From: a virus
Taxonomy: Duplodnaviria > Caudoviricetes
Reading direction: 5' to 3' (one strand)
DNA length: 64,000 nucleotides
Virus record (IMG/VR): IMGVR_UViG_3300032303_002587
Span: 1 to 64,000 of that record
A program made the translations under genes and the position numbers. The notes beneath the pieces were generated by a model, which did not search any database, was not told the origin of the DNA, and worked only from the letters and a program-made list of their open reading frames with translations. Positions 9,598-20,537 of this stretch are shown here, piece after piece (the first letter of the stretch is position 1; the number at the start of each line of letters is the position of its first letter).

Positions 9598-10997
9598 ATA
9601 TTTACGCTACGCTATTTTATACATCAAAAGATAAAGACTATGAAAAAAACTTATATAGTTTTTTAAATAACTATAAAAATATTGGGATTAAAGATGTTTT
9701 TCTTTATACAGATGAATGCTTGCCGAATGAATTTCAATGGCTATATAAAGATTTTTTTCAAAAACATAGAAGAGGCTACGGATATTGGGCATGGAAACCA
9801 TTAGTTATATATGATAGTATGAAAAAAATTAATGATGGAGATTTTATTCTTTATCATGACGTAGGAAGAAGTTGTTATAATTTTGATATTCATTATAATA
9901 TAACACCACTAGTGAAAGATGTCAAAGAAAATTACGAAGGAATAGGAATAGCGCGAGGACCATTTAGACATCAACCTTTTTGTAAAAGAGATGCATTTTA
10001 TTATATGGGATGTGATGAAAAAGCTTGTTGGGATTTACCGCAACTTAGTGCTACTTGGAGTTTTTGGGAGAAAGCAGAGTTACCTAAAAAATTTATAATG
10101 GATTGGATAAAATGGTCTTTTCATGAAAAAGAAATAATTACAGATCTTCCTAATAAATGTGGACTACCAAATCTTCCTCAATTTGATGATCATAGACATG
10201 ATCAAGCTTTATTAACAAATTTAATGTACTTATACAATAAAGACAATCCTAAAATCAAACCTTTAATACCTCATGGTTGGGAAAAACCAATGGATAGTTG
10301 TTTAAAAAAATATTACTTACTAGATCCCAAAAGCGTTTTATTTGTTATAAAAAGTTGTGAAAAATATGAATCAAGAATTGATGCACTTTTAAATACATGG
10401 CTAAAAGATGTAAAAGATTATATAGTTTGCTCTGATCATGAAAATAAATCAAAAAATATAATTAAAGTAACAGATAAAAAAGAATATGCAGAACTAGAGG
10501 ATAAATCTTTAGCAATTTTTAATTATCTAAAAAATGACTATTCTTTAAGAGATAGATATAAATGGATTATGTTTGTAGATGATGACACTTATGTAAATGT
10601 AAAAAATCTTCAAAATATTTTAAATGAACTAGACGATCAAAATGGATATGGTTATATATCTGACTGCTTTAAAGACTGCAGTAACTCTTTTTGTCAATCA
10701 GAATCGACAGATAAATCAACCAGATGGTTTGATGGAGGAGCGGGACTTTTATTTGGAACTAGATGTTTAAACAGATTAAATTTAAACAAAAAAAATGTAT
10801 ATTTTGAAGATTTAGCTATAAGTTTAAATTTTAAAGAATCTGGCATAGAATTAATACATAATAGATTATTTAATTGGCATGGAAATTTTAAACAACATTT
10901 AGAAAAAGCAAAAAAACAAATAACATATCATCATAAATTACAATCTAAAGATATTAGAAGTTTTATGGAAGAATTAAATCATATTAATATAATTTAA
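9594..10997 (+). CDS. Two-domain glycosyltransferase: GT-A-like N-domain plus GT31/Fringe-like C-domain
   Basis: N-domain RGYGYWAWKP...HRHDQ. C-domain LLNTW, WIMFVDDDTYVNVKNL, GGAG and EDLAI. Confidence 0.7.
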   Translation: MNIYATLFYTSKDKDYEKNLYSFLNNYKNIGIKDVFLYTDECLPNEFQWLYKDFFQKHRRGYGYWAWKPLVIYDSMKKINDGDFILYHDVGRSCYNFDIHYNITPLVKDVKENYEGIGIARGPFRHQPFCKRDAFYYMGCDEKACWDLPQLSATWSFWEKAELPKKFIMDWIKWSFHEKEIITDLPNKCGLPNLPQFDDHRHDQALLTNLMYLYNKDNPKIKPLIPHGWEKPMDSCLKKYYLLDPKSVLFVIKSCEKYESRIDALLNTWLKDVKDYIVCSDHENKSKNIIKVTDKKEYAELEDKSLAIFNYLKNDYSLRDRYKWIMFVDDDTYVNVKNLQNILNELDDQNGYGYISDCFKDCSNSFCQSESTDKSTRWFDGGAGLLFGTRCLNRLNLNKKNVYFEDLAISLNFKESGIELIHNRLFNWHGNFKQHLEKAKKQITYHHKLQSKDIRSFMEELNHINII

Positions 10998-11001
10998 AAT
11001 A

Positions 11002-11832
11002 ATGAACACAGCAATTAACACTATGTTTTTACCAAGAGAAAATATTTTATTTTTAGAGGAATGGCTACTATATCATACTTTTATAGGTTTTGATCATTTC
11101 TTTTTGTACGATAACACGAATACTCCTGGCTGGCAAATATTTGGTGAAGAAAGAAATAAATATAATGTCCCAATGATATCTAAAAAAATATCAGATGATT
11201 TAATAGAAAAATATCTTATAAAAATTTGTAATAAATTTAAAGTAACTATAATCAATTGGCCTTCGAAAACAATATCTCATACTGAATCAATGCAAGATTT
11301 TGTAGATCGATTTGGTAAATATTATGATTATACATCTTTTTTAGATATGGATGAATTTATCGTATTCAATAAATATCAAAATATAAAATCATTCATATCA
11401 GAAGAATTAGAAAAAAATAATCTATTTGGCGTTAAAATGATGCAAGATAAATTTGAACATATATTACAAATAAAACGAAATTCCAATAAAAAGGTATATG
11501 AAATTAGCGACTCTTTTGAATTAGATACAAAAAATTGGGCAGTAAAATGGATTTTAGATACGAAGTCTATAGAAAAACTATACAATATGCACAGTTTCAG
11601 TTATAGTAAAAAAATATTAGACCAGCCAGATAAAAATGTTATTAAATTTAATCATTATAATTATAATGAAATACAAGAACCCTGGATTATAGATAATGTA
11701 ACTCCCAAGGGATTTGATAAAAATAAATTAAAATTAGGCTTAATAAAAAGACAAGATTTATTGAAATATAAAATACTTTTTGATAATTGGAATTTTACAG
11801 ATTTATCAGAAATTAGACAATTTGATATTTAA
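11002..11832 (+). CDS. GT92/GT2-like glycosyltransferase
   Basis: FLEEWLLYHTFIGFDHFFLYDN, FLDMDEFIV and C-terminal FNHY. Confidence 0.7.
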   Translation: MNTAINTMFLPRENILFLEEWLLYHTFIGFDHFFLYDNTNTPGWQIFGEERNKYNVPMISKKISDDLIEKYLIKICNKFKVTIINWPSKTISHTESMQDFVDRFGKYYDYTSFLDMDEFIVFNKYQNIKSFISEELEKNNLFGVKMMQDKFEHILQIKRNSNKKVYEISDSFELDTKNWAVKWILDTKSIEKLYNMHSFSYSKKILDQPDKNVIKFNHYNYNEIQEPWIIDNVTPKGFDKNKLKLGLIKRQDLLKYKILFDNWNFTDLSEIRQFDI

Positions 11833-11837
11833 TTTGA

Positions 11838-13367
11838 ATGAAAAAAATAGCTTTTCTTTTTTTAATTTATGATGAAATTCTTCAAGAAGAACTATGGTAT
11901 AATTTTTTTAAAAACGTAGATCCGAATAAATATTCTATATATATACATTACAAAAATAATAAACCATTAAAATTTTTTGAAAAATTTAAATTAAAACAAT
12001 GCATTGAAACAAATTATGGAGACATATCTTTAGTTTATGCTCAAAAATTATTATTAGACGAAGCTTTGAAAGACGAGAATAATTATAAATTTATAAATAT
12101 AAGTCAATCTTGTATTCCATTAAAAAGTTTTAATTATATATATGAAAGCTTAATTTATAATAACTTTACTATTTTTAATGAATCTCCAAGACATCAATCT
12201 TTTCCTAGATGTGATGATCTTTTAAAATTTTTACCAAAAGAACAAATATATAAATCTTCTCAATGGTGGATTTTAAATAGAAAATATGCTGAATTAATAT
12301 CTATAGATAAAGAATATATAAATTATTTTAATAATATTTACGCACCTGAAGAACATTATTTTATTAGTTTTATAAAAAATAAAGGCTCTATAAAAGATTT
12401 AGTTTGCACACCAAATTTAGCTGAAGGAGCAACAACATTTACTAATTGGCATGATATGATTTATCCTAAAGAATATCTTTCAAAGAACCAATTAAAAACA
12501 TACGAGAATATTTCAAAAGAAGAAATAGATTACTTGATTGAATCCCCATGTTTTTTTGGTAGAAAGTTTAAAGAGAATTGTAATGTAGATGGAATTATAT
12601 TAAAAGATTATTTAATAATTAGTTTAAATCTTTTACCTATTTCAACAAAAAAATCAATCAGTGTAGATTTTTATTGTATTCATCCAAAAGGTTTAAAACA
12701 AAGAGAATCTCATGTTGAAGCTCTTAAAAATGATATTGAATCTATAGGATATAATTTTAATATCTTTGATGGAGTTTTAAAATCTTCAATTTTAACAGAT
12801 AAGGATATATTAGAAAATGAGATAATAAATTTTGAATTTAATAATAAGAAAGAAAAAATTATATTTGACCATCAAAGAAATAAAACAGAATTTGATAGAA
12901 AACTTTCACAAGGAGAATTTGCTTGCATGTTATCTCATTTTTTATTGTGGCAAAAATTAAAAAATTTAAATAAAGAAGGATATTTTATACTAGAAGACGA
13001 TACAAAAATTAATATTCTAAAAGATCAATTTAAACTTTTATTAGATAATATTCCAGATTTGAATAGCTTTGATATATGCTATTTTAATGATAGGCAACAG
13101 CATAAAATAAAAAATAAAATAAATGAATATTATTATGAATTAGATAATGGTAGAATTGGATATCTTTGGGATCAAATGTTTAATGGAGCAGAGGGTTATT
13201 TATTAACTAAAAATGGATTAGAAAAACTATTAAAAAATTTTACATTATATTGCAATGCGGATGGATTTTTACATAGATGGATAAATAAAAACCAGCCTAA
13301 AGTCATAACTTCATATATTAAACCTATCTCAATAATAGAGAATATACCATCAATGATTTGGAGTTAG
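11838..13367 (+). CDS. GT14 (core-2/I-branching-like) plus GT25 fusion glycosyltransferase
   Basis: GT14: KIAFLFL, YSIYIH, SQSCIPL, SQWWIL, APEEHYF, FFGRKF. GT25: GEFACMLSHFLLW, ILEDD, GYLLTKNG. Confidence 0.8.
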   Translation: MKKIAFLFLIYDEILQEELWYNFFKNVDPNKYSIYIHYKNNKPLKFFEKFKLKQCIETNYGDISLVYAQKLLLDEALKDENNYKFINISQSCIPLKSFNYIYESLIYNNFTIFNESPRHQSFPRCDDLLKFLPKEQIYKSSQWWILNRKYAELISIDKEYINYFNNIYAPEEHYFISFIKNKGSIKDLVCTPNLAEGATTFTNWHDMIYPKEYLSKNQLKTYENISKEEIDYLIESPCFFGRKFKENCNVDGIILKDYLIISLNLLPISTKKSISVDFYCIHPKGLKQRESHVEALKNDIESIGYNFNIFDGVLKSSILTDKDILENEIINFEFNNKKEKIIFDHQRNKTEFDRKLSQGEFACMLSHFLLWQKLKNLNKEGYFILEDDTKINILKDQFKLLLDNIPDLNSFDICYFNDRQQHKIKNKINEYYYELDNGRIGYLWDQMFNGAEGYLLTKNGLEKLLKNFTLYCNADGFLHRWINKNQPKVITSYIKPISIIENIPSMIWS

Positions 13368-13410
13368 TAAAAATATTATTAAAATTCAATTTATGTCTAT
13401 ATAATTCATT

Positions 13411-14400
13411 ATGAACATTAAAAAACTAGCCGTTGTTTGTGGCGCTGGCGGCTTTATTGGCTCTCATTTAGTTAAAAAATTAAAAAATGAAGGATTTTGG
13501 GTTAGAGGAATAGATTTAAAATATCCTCAATATTCAGGAACAGAGGCGGATGATTTTCTTATTGGAGATTTAACTTGTCCAATTTTTACTCGTAGAGCAA
13601 TACCAGATGATGTAGACGAATTATATCAATTAGCCGCAGATATGGGTGGAGCAGGATATATTTTTACTGGCGAAAATGATGCAAATGTAATGCATAACTC
13701 AGCGCTAATTAATTTAAATATAGCTCATATTGCAGTTCTAAAAAGAACAAAGAATTTATTTTATAGCTCCTCTGCTTGTATTTATCCAGAATATAATCAA
13801 TTAGATCCAAATAATCCAAAATGCTCAGAAGAATCAGCTTATCCAGCTGCACCAGATAGCGAATATGGATGGGAAAAGCTCTTTAGCGAAAGACTTTTTT
13901 TGGCTTATAAAAGAAACTATAAATTAAATGTTCATGTTGCTAGATATCATAATATTTTTGGTCCAGAAGGCACGTATAAAGGTGGAAAAGAAAAATCCCC
14001 AGCCGCGCTTTGCAGAAAAGTAATAGAAGCTCCAGATGGCGGAGAAATTGAAATTTGGGGTGATGGCTTACAAACTAGATCATTTTTATATATAGATGAA
14101 TGCATAGAAGGCTCAATTAAATTAATGAGATCAGATTTTGAAGGCCCAGTTAATATTGGATCAGAAGAAATGATATCAATTAATGATTTTGCAAAAATGA
14201 TTATTGAATTGAGTGGTAAAAATTTAAAAATAAAGAATATTCCAGGACCATTAGGAGTAAGAGGTAGAAAATCAGACAATAAATTAATAAGAGAAAAGCT
14301 TTTTTGGTCACCTTCCAAACAACTCAAAGATGGCATAGAAAAAACATATAATTGGATAAAGCTTCAAATAGAGGAAAAAGAAATTGAACCAAAACATTAA
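13411..14400 (+). CDS. GDP-mannose 3,5-epimerase-like NAD-dependent epimerase
   Basis: GAGGFIG, LAADMGGAG, SSACIYPE, YGWEKL, EKSPAALCRK and WGDGLQTRSF. Confidence 0.8.
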   Translation: MNIKKLAVVCGAGGFIGSHLVKKLKNEGFWVRGIDLKYPQYSGTEADDFLIGDLTCPIFTRRAIPDDVDELYQLAADMGGAGYIFTGENDANVMHNSALINLNIAHIAVLKRTKNLFYSSSACIYPEYNQLDPNNPKCSEESAYPAAPDSEYGWEKLFSERLFLAYKRNYKLNVHVARYHNIFGPEGTYKGGKEKSPAALCRKVIEAPDGGEIEIWGDGLQTRSFLYIDECIEGSIKLMRSDFEGPVNIGSEEMISINDFAKMIIELSGKNLKIKNIPGPLGVRGRKSDNKLIREKLFWSPSKQLKDGIEKTYNWIKLQIEEKEIEPKH

Positions 14401-15523
14401 AGATACATATCACGGCAAAAAGATTGATACAGCTAATATATTAAATATAGAAGATGCCGCAAAATTAATTAATGGAAGGAAAACCTGTATAATTACTGGA
14501 GTTACTGGTCAAGACGGCAGTTTCATGGTTGAATATTTGCTTAAAAATACTAATCTTTTAATTTTTGGAGGAGTAAGAAGACTAAGCGTTTATAATCACG
14601 AAAATATTAGACATATTAAAAATGATAGATTTCATTTAATTAATTTTGATTTAACTGACGCTCATTCAATTAGTAGAACAATAGAAAAACTAAAGCCAGA
14701 CTATTTTATGAATTTTGCAGCTCAAAGTTTCGTAGCTAGCAGTTGGGATTTTGCTCGTCAAACTTGGGAAACAAATTCTACTGCGATATTAGATATATTA
14801 GAAGGAATTAGACTCTATAATCCATCTTGCAGATTATATCAAGCTGGCTCTAGCGAAGAATTTGGTAATGTAGTTTACAGCCCTCAAGATGAAAATCATC
14901 CACTTAGGCCAAGAAGCCCTTATGGTGCTTCAAAATGCGCTTCTAGACAACTTATAAAAGTCTATAGAGAATCATATAACCTTTATGCAATTCAAGGATG
15001 GCTATTTAATCACGAAGGAACAAGAAGAGGCGAAGAGTTTGTTACAAGAAAAATTACAAAAAATGTAGCCAGAATCTATAATGCAATTCAAAATAATGAA
15101 GAATTTGAACCTCTAGAACTAGGAAATATAGAAGCTCAAAGAGATTGGAGCGATGCCGAAGATTTTGTAGAAGGCATTTGGATGATGTTAAACCAAGATA
15201 AATATAATAAAAACTATAACGGGACTCCAGAGGATTACGTATTCTCTTCTAATGAAACTCATACAATTAAAGAATTTGTAGAAAAAGCTTTTGCTATAGC
15301 TGGAATAAAAGGCAACTGGATTGGTGAAGGAGAGCACACGATGTATGTTTCAGAAAATAAAAAAGTATTAATGCAAATAAACTCTAAATTTTATAGACCA
15401 GCAGAAGTAAGTCTTTTATGTGGTAAATCTGATAAAGCAAGAAATGATCTAGGATGGAAGCCAAATACTTCATTTGATAATTTAATTAAAAAAATGGTCG
15501 AATTTGATATCCAAGATTTTTAA
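14384..15523 (+). CDS. gmd: GDP-mannose 4,6-dehydratase
   Basis: ITGVTGQDG, AAQSFV, SSEEFG, PRSPYGASK, LFNHE, FVTRKIT and FYRPAEV. It has a ~30-aa N-terminal extension and a TTG start. Confidence 0.9.
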   Translation: MNQNIKDTYHGKKIDTANILNIEDAAKLINGRKTCIITGVTGQDGSFMVEYLLKNTNLLIFGGVRRLSVYNHENIRHIKNDRFHLINFDLTDAHSISRTIEKLKPDYFMNFAAQSFVASSWDFARQTWETNSTAILDILEGIRLYNPSCRLYQAGSSEEFGNVVYSPQDENHPLRPRSPYGASKCASRQLIKVYRESYNLYAIQGWLFNHEGTRRGEEFVTRKITKNVARIYNAIQNNEEFEPLELGNIEAQRDWSDAEDFVEGIWMMLNQDKYNKNYNGTPEDYVFSSNETHTIKEFVEKAFAIAGIKGNWIGEGEHTMYVSENKKVLMQINSKFYRPAEVSLLCGKSDKARNDLGWKPNTSFDNLIKKMVEFDIQDF

Positions 15524-16191
15524 TGAAAACTCTTGGAATCGCTATTCCAACTTACAAAAACCATGTAAGTTTTCTAGAAAAATTGCTCGATACAATAGGA
15601 CAATCTACGGTTCAACCAGATCAAGTCTCTATATCAATTTCTAGTTATGATGATTTTAAAGTAAATAAAAAATATAATTTTGATTTAATAATAAATCAAA
15701 CAAAAGAACATAAATATACCGCGCAAAATAGAAATATTGCTGCATCTAAATTAGATACAGATATTATATCTTTTATTGATGGAGATGATTTACCGCATAT
15801 TCAAAGAAATGAATATATTATAAAATCTTTTAAAAATACAGAATGCAAAGCTCTAGTTCATGATTATAAAAATGGGCAAGATTTTAATTTCTTAACTCAA
15901 AAATATCAAATAAAAGATGAAGATTTTTTAATAAACTATTTAGACACATGGAATGATTCATGTCCATTCGCTTTACCTTCAAATAATATTGATATTCCTT
16001 ATCATAACGCTCATCTTTCTATAACAAAAGATATATTTCATAATTTTAAATATAATGAATACGAAAATGAATCTAGCGAGATCTGGAAGAGCCACGGATG
16101 CGCTAAAGACTCTTTATATACAAAAACCCTTGTCCAGAATAATATTAAGATATCTTTTTTAAAGAATAAATTAAGTTTATATAGAAAATGA
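15523..16191 (+). CDS. GT2-like glycosyltransferase
   Basis: IAIPTY, AQNRNIAA and ISFIDGDD. Confidence 0.7.
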   Translation: MKTLGIAIPTYKNHVSFLEKLLDTIGQSTVQPDQVSISISSYDDFKVNKKYNFDLIINQTKEHKYTAQNRNIAASKLDTDIISFIDGDDLPHIQRNEYIIKSFKNTECKALVHDYKNGQDFNFLTQKYQIKDEDFLINYLDTWNDSCPFALPSNNIDIPYHNAHLSITKDIFHNFKYNEYENESSEIWKSHGCAKDSLYTKTLVQNNIKISFLKNKLSLYRK

Positions 16192-16871
16192 AATATATAT
16201 ACCATCATCTAGGTCTTGGTGATCACATAATTTGTAATGGTCTTGTAAGATCTTTAATTAAAAAAGATGAACAATATAATATGTTTATAAAACCTCACAA
16301 TTTAGAAACAGTTAAATTTATGTACAGAGATTTAGATTATTTAAATTTTATAGAATCAAATGATGCTCAAGTGGTATCTTATATAAAAAATAATAATATT
16401 TTAGATCAAGACTTAATATTAGCTGGCTTCGGTCAACATCCATTAGCAGATGATTTCGATGATAGTTTTTATTTACAAAATAATATTCCATTTGAATATA
16501 GATGGAGTAAATTTAAATGCGATAGAGATTTAGATAAAGAAAAATTTTTATTCCATAAATTCAACGTTAAAGAAAATGAATATGTATTCGTGCATGATGA
16601 CATCTCAAGAAATTACGAAATAGACACTTCTTATATAATTAATAAGAATCTACCAATAATAAAACCAATTAAAGGATATACAGAAAATAGTTTTGATTAT
16701 TGTTATTTAATGCAAAATAGCGCCGAGTCACACTTTATTGATAGTTCGTTTAGGTTAATATTTGATTCATTACAATTAAGAGATTCTAATATATTCTTTC
16801 ATATCAATTTAAAAAATGGTATTAATCGAGGATATAAACCTCATTCAAAATTAAAATTTACAATAATATGA
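16188..16871 (+). CDS. Putative GT-B fold glycosyltransferase
   Basis: HHLGLGDHIICNGLVR, YVFVHDD and HFIDSSF; cluster context. Confidence 0.55.
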   Translation: MKYIYHHLGLGDHIICNGLVRSLIKKDEQYNMFIKPHNLETVKFMYRDLDYLNFIESNDAQVVSYIKNNNILDQDLILAGFGQHPLADDFDDSFYLQNNIPFEYRWSKFKCDRDLDKEKFLFHKFNVKENEYVFVHDDISRNYEIDTSYIINKNLPIIKPIKGYTENSFDYCYLMQNSAESHFIDSSFRLIFDSLQLRDSNIFFHINLKNGINRGYKPHSKLKFTII

Positions 16872-17383
16872 AATTAAATCTAGGTTGCGCAAAAGACGTA
16901 AAAGAGGGTTATATTAATGTAGACCTACATTATAAACATCCAAATGTTGTGAATGAAGATATATCAAATCTATCTTTTGTAAATGAAAACTCTGTAGAAG
17001 AAATTTTTGCTAAAGATGTTTTAGAGCATTTACCTTTAAATAAAAGCTTAGAATGTTTAAAAATATGGTATAAATATTTAAAAAATGATGGGAAAATATA
17101 TATACAAACAACAAATTTTTTAAAAATTAAACAAGCGTTTGAGAACAATGTTTGGGATATAAATGTTTTAAATCATATGTTATTTGCTGGACCCAGTTGG
17201 ATAAATGGCAAAGAAGAAGATTGCGATTTTCATAAAAGTACATATACGGTCGATTTTATAACTAAAGAATTGACTAATATAGGATATAAAATTATTAGTA
17301 TAGAACAAGATGAAATTGATTATATTTTAAATTACAATCCAAAAGCTCATAATTTAAATCTAAAAATCTGGGCTAAAAAATGA
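16868..17383 (+). CDS. Class I SAM-dependent methyltransferase
   Basis: KLNLGCA, GYINVD, DVLEH and LKNDGKIYI. Confidence 0.75.
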   Translation: MKLNLGCAKDVKEGYINVDLHYKHPNVVNEDISNLSFVNENSVEEIFAKDVLEHLPLNKSLECLKIWYKYLKNDGKIYIQTTNFLKIKQAFENNVWDINVLNHMLFAGPSWINGKEEDCDFHKSTYTVDFITKELTNIGYKIISIEQDEIDYILNYNPKAHNLNLKIWAKK

Positions 17384-17949
17384 AATTTATATTTAAAAAT
17401 CAAGAGTTTGAATATTTTATTCATCCATATAATCGCACGAATGAAACAGAAAGGAAAGTAGAAATACCATTAGTCAAATCCTACATAGAACAGGCAAACG
17501 ACTTTATTGAAATTGGTTGTGTTAGTCCATATTACTTTGAAGTATCACATAACGTATATGATTTAACTGATAATCATCATAAATGCATCAATATAGATGC
17601 AGAAAAATTAGATTTAGATAATAAAAATATATTATCAATATCAACTATTGAACATTTTGGAGTAGTAGATTCTTTTTCTAATGAAAAAAAACAAAATAAA
17701 GCTATAGATTTCTTAAAAAGAATACTTTCATTAAATTCTAAATATTTAATATCTTGGCCATTAGGTTATAATCTAGAATTAGATCAATATACCTTTTCAA
17801 ATATTAAAAATGCTTTATACATATCAAGAGATAATAATAATCTTCTAACTTGGAAACAAAAGACGCTTAACCAGTTAAATGATACAGATAAGCGATATGG
17901 AACATTCGACTGCGCTAATACAGTTTGTATTTTAGAGAATTTTTTATAA
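17380..17949 (+). CDS. Methyltransferase-like protein
   Basis: ERKVEIP, FIEIGCV and SISTIEHFG. Confidence 0.55.
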   Translation: MKFIFKNQEFEYFIHPYNRTNETERKVEIPLVKSYIEQANDFIEIGCVSPYYFEVSHNVYDLTDNHHKCINIDAEKLDLDNKNILSISTIEHFGVVDSFSNEKKQNKAIDFLKRILSLNSKYLISWPLGYNLELDQYTFSNIKNALYISRDNNNLLTWKQKTLNQLNDTDKRYGTFDCANTVCILENFL

Positions 17950-17966
17950 TTTGGGTATTATTATTT

Positions 17967-18311
17967 ATGATAAGTATTCCAGTTGATGAAGGATATGCAT
18001 ATGACGTATTATCTATAGCACAAGTTAAGAATGATATGAATATTAAAAATTCAAAAATATATTTTAAAATCTTGAATGATTCAATCTCTAGTCAAGTTGG
18101 AGAAATCATACATAATGATATTTTAAATTCAAAAGAATATCAAGAGCTATTTCAATCCAATAAAGAGACTTTCGATGCGGTTGAAAAAGCAAGATATTCC
18201 TCAATAACAGCTAAAGAAGTAGATATGTGCAACTTAAAGAGATATCAATGCAAAATAAACTTACAAAATAAATTTTTTCCCAACAATCGAATATTAGAGA
18301 ATAAATCATGA
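17967..18311 (+). CDS. Small helical hypothetical protein
   Basis: ORF track 17925..18311. The likelier start is ATG 17967 (MISIPVDEGYAYDVLSI), which avoids overlap with the upstream gene. Confidence 0.55.
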   Translation: MISIPVDEGYAYDVLSIAQVKNDMNIKNSKIYFKILNDSISSQVGEIIHNDILNSKEYQELFQSNKETFDAVEKARYSSITAKEVDMCNLKRYQCKINLQNKFFPNNRILENKS

Positions 18312-18994
18312 TAGATCAAGAAGAGATTTTAATAGGTACAAAAAATACAGGATTAGGAGATATACTTCTATTAACTGCAGTATGCAAAAATGCAAAAAAT
18401 AAAAAAATTATAATTAATTTAAAACCAAATTGCGAAAAATTCGCTTTTTTATTTAAAGACATTGCAGAGAAGATTATTTTTACAGATGATCCTATTGAAA
18501 CTATAGGTATTGGAGATGGTCATTTAGCTAAAAGAAAATGTAGAATAGTAGGGTATAATGGCGAAGATTATCTTCCGTATATAAAATTTGATAATCAAGA
18601 ATATGATGAAGAAATAAATCAAACCTTATCAAAATTAAAAAATCCAATTATTCTAAAATTAGGCTGTTCAAAAACGTGGAAACATTTAAGGCAATTTCCA
18701 ATAAAGTATTGGCAAGATTATTTTGCTAACAAAAATTATGATTTTATTCAATTCGAACTATCAGATAATTTTTTACCATATCCAAATGCAATACATTTTA
18801 TAGATGCTCCTTTAGAAAAACAAGCAGCATACTATAAAGCAGTCAAAAAATATATTGGAGTTGATACTGGAGATTTACATTTAATGCTTTCTTTAGGAGG
18901 CTCAGTAGAAGCCCATGTACCCCAAAGTACGATAAGTTATGTTCATAGTGATTGGCATTACGAATCAAGTAATGCAAGATATATTGTAGTTTAA
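18308..18994 (+). CDS. GT9-like (GT-B) glycosyltransferase
   Basis: GLGDILLLT and YIGVDTGDLHLMLSLG. Confidence 0.65.
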   Translation: MIDQEEILIGTKNTGLGDILLLTAVCKNAKNKKIIINLKPNCEKFAFLFKDIAEKIIFTDDPIETIGIGDGHLAKRKCRIVGYNGEDYLPYIKFDNQEYDEEINQTLSKLKNPIILKLGCSKTWKHLRQFPIKYWQDYFANKNYDFIQFELSDNFLPYPNAIHFIDAPLEKQAAYYKAVKKYIGVDTGDLHLMLSLGGSVEAHVPQSTISYVHSDWHYESSNARYIVV

Positions 18995-19002
18995 ATATTA
19001 AT

Positions 19003-19779
19003 ATGAACTTTTTTGAATTAAATAAATTATCACACCTTCACAATGGATATGATATATTTTTTTGTAAAACAGATTATTTGCTTGAAGATTTTAAAACTAT
19101 AAGTAAATTAAAAAATGAAGTAATATTAATTAATGGTAATTCAGATTACGCAATAGTAGATCATTTAATTGAAATAGCCCCTAAAAATATTAAAAAATGG
19201 TACGCTACAAATTGTTTAGCAAATTCAAACGTACTTACTCCGATTCCATTAGGATTAGAAAATAAAGAAGTTTCACAAAGAAAAGCCCATGGGATTGGAT
19301 ACCTAGAAAGGGCTTCACAAAAAGAACAACTTTTGCGAAGAGGATTAATAACTAATCCAAATAAATTTATATACGCAAATTTTAAAATAGAAACAAATCC
19401 CTCATACAGAATACCTTGCAAAGAGATTTGCAAAAAAATTAAACATATAGATCTTGAAGAAAACGAATTATCATTAGAAATCTTTTTTAATAGAATTCTA
19501 GAATATAAAATGGTATTTTGTCCAATAGGTAACGGAATTGATACTCATAGACTATGGGAAGTTTTATACTCTAATAGAATACCTATTATCATTAAAATTG
19601 GGGATTTTAAAATTTATCAACTTTACGAAAAATTACCAATCGTTATTCTAGATAAAATAGAAGACCTAAATAATAAGCACCTGATAGAACACAAAGTCTC
19701 AAAACTTAATTACAGCAATTTGGATATGCTTGATATAAATTATTGGATAACAGATATTAAAAGATCAAAATCCAATTAA
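19003..19779 (+). CDS. GT47/exostosin-like glycosyltransferase
   Basis: PIPLGL and MVFCPIGNGIDTHRLWEVLYSNRIPII. Confidence 0.7.
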   Translation: MNFFELNKLSHLHNGYDIFFCKTDYLLEDFKTISKLKNEVILINGNSDYAIVDHLIEIAPKNIKKWYATNCLANSNVLTPIPLGLENKEVSQRKAHGIGYLERASQKEQLLRRGLITNPNKFIYANFKIETNPSYRIPCKEICKKIKHIDLEENELSLEIFFNRILEYKMVFCPIGNGIDTHRLWEVLYSNRIPIIIKIGDFKIYQLYEKLPIVILDKIEDLNNKHLIEHKVSKLNYSNLDMLDINYWITDIKRSKSN

Positions 19780-19817
19780 ATTAGAGTTTATAGTTTAAAA
19801 ATTATATTATAATACAA

Positions 19818-20519
19818 ATGAAGACTTACTCATATGAGAGTTTAGTAAATTTATATTTAAATAAAGTCAAAAAAGATAATTCATATTTCAAAAAATACGA
19901 GATATTAGATCCGTATAAAGATCCTATAATAGAAGGAAAGCTTGTTGGGCATGATTACCCTAGAGTCCCATGTATATTAGATTTTAAAGAATGGATTATT
20001 AAATATAATATTATTCCAGAAAAAATGCTATATACATGTAACTCTGATTTGGAATTAAACTACATTAAACCTAAATCAAAAAAACTTCTGGAATATGATA
20101 CCAGCACCAATGAAGGAGATCTACACACTTTGGCTCTTCAAGATAAAGACTATGATTTTGTTTTATTTTCTCAAACTTTGGAGCATTTGTATAACCCATT
20201 TAAAGCAATCAAAAAAATCCACGAACATGTTAGACAAAATGGTTATGTTTTTACTAGTGTGCCATCAATAAATATTCCACATATGGTTCCACTTCATTTC
20301 GCTGGAATATACCCAATGGGATTAGCGGTATTATTTGAATCTGCTGGATTTGAAATCATTGAAATTGGTCAATGGGGTAATATTAATTATTTAAATTATA
20401 TTTTTAATACTCATGATTGGCCAGATTATGAGTATCTAAAACGAACTGGTAATGGAATTATAAAAAATGAAGAAGCAAACATCGCTCAATGTTGGTGTTT
20501 AGCTAAAAAAGTTCAATAG
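19818..20519 (+). CDS. SAM-dependent methyltransferase-like protein
   Basis: YDFVLFSQTLEHLYNP and GYVFTSVP..H..P.HF. Motif I is degenerate. Confidence 0.65.
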   Translation: MKTYSYESLVNLYLNKVKKDNSYFKKYEILDPYKDPIIEGKLVGHDYPRVPCILDFKEWIIKYNIIPEKMLYTCNSDLELNYIKPKSKKLLEYDTSTNEGDLHTLALQDKDYDFVLFSQTLEHLYNPFKAIKKIHEHVRQNGYVFTSVPSINIPHMVPLHFAGIYPMGLAVLFESAGFEIIEIGQWGNINYLNYIFNTHDWPDYEYLKRTGNGIIKNEEANIAQCWCLAKKVQ

Positions 20520-20537
20520 AATTTAAATATATAATTC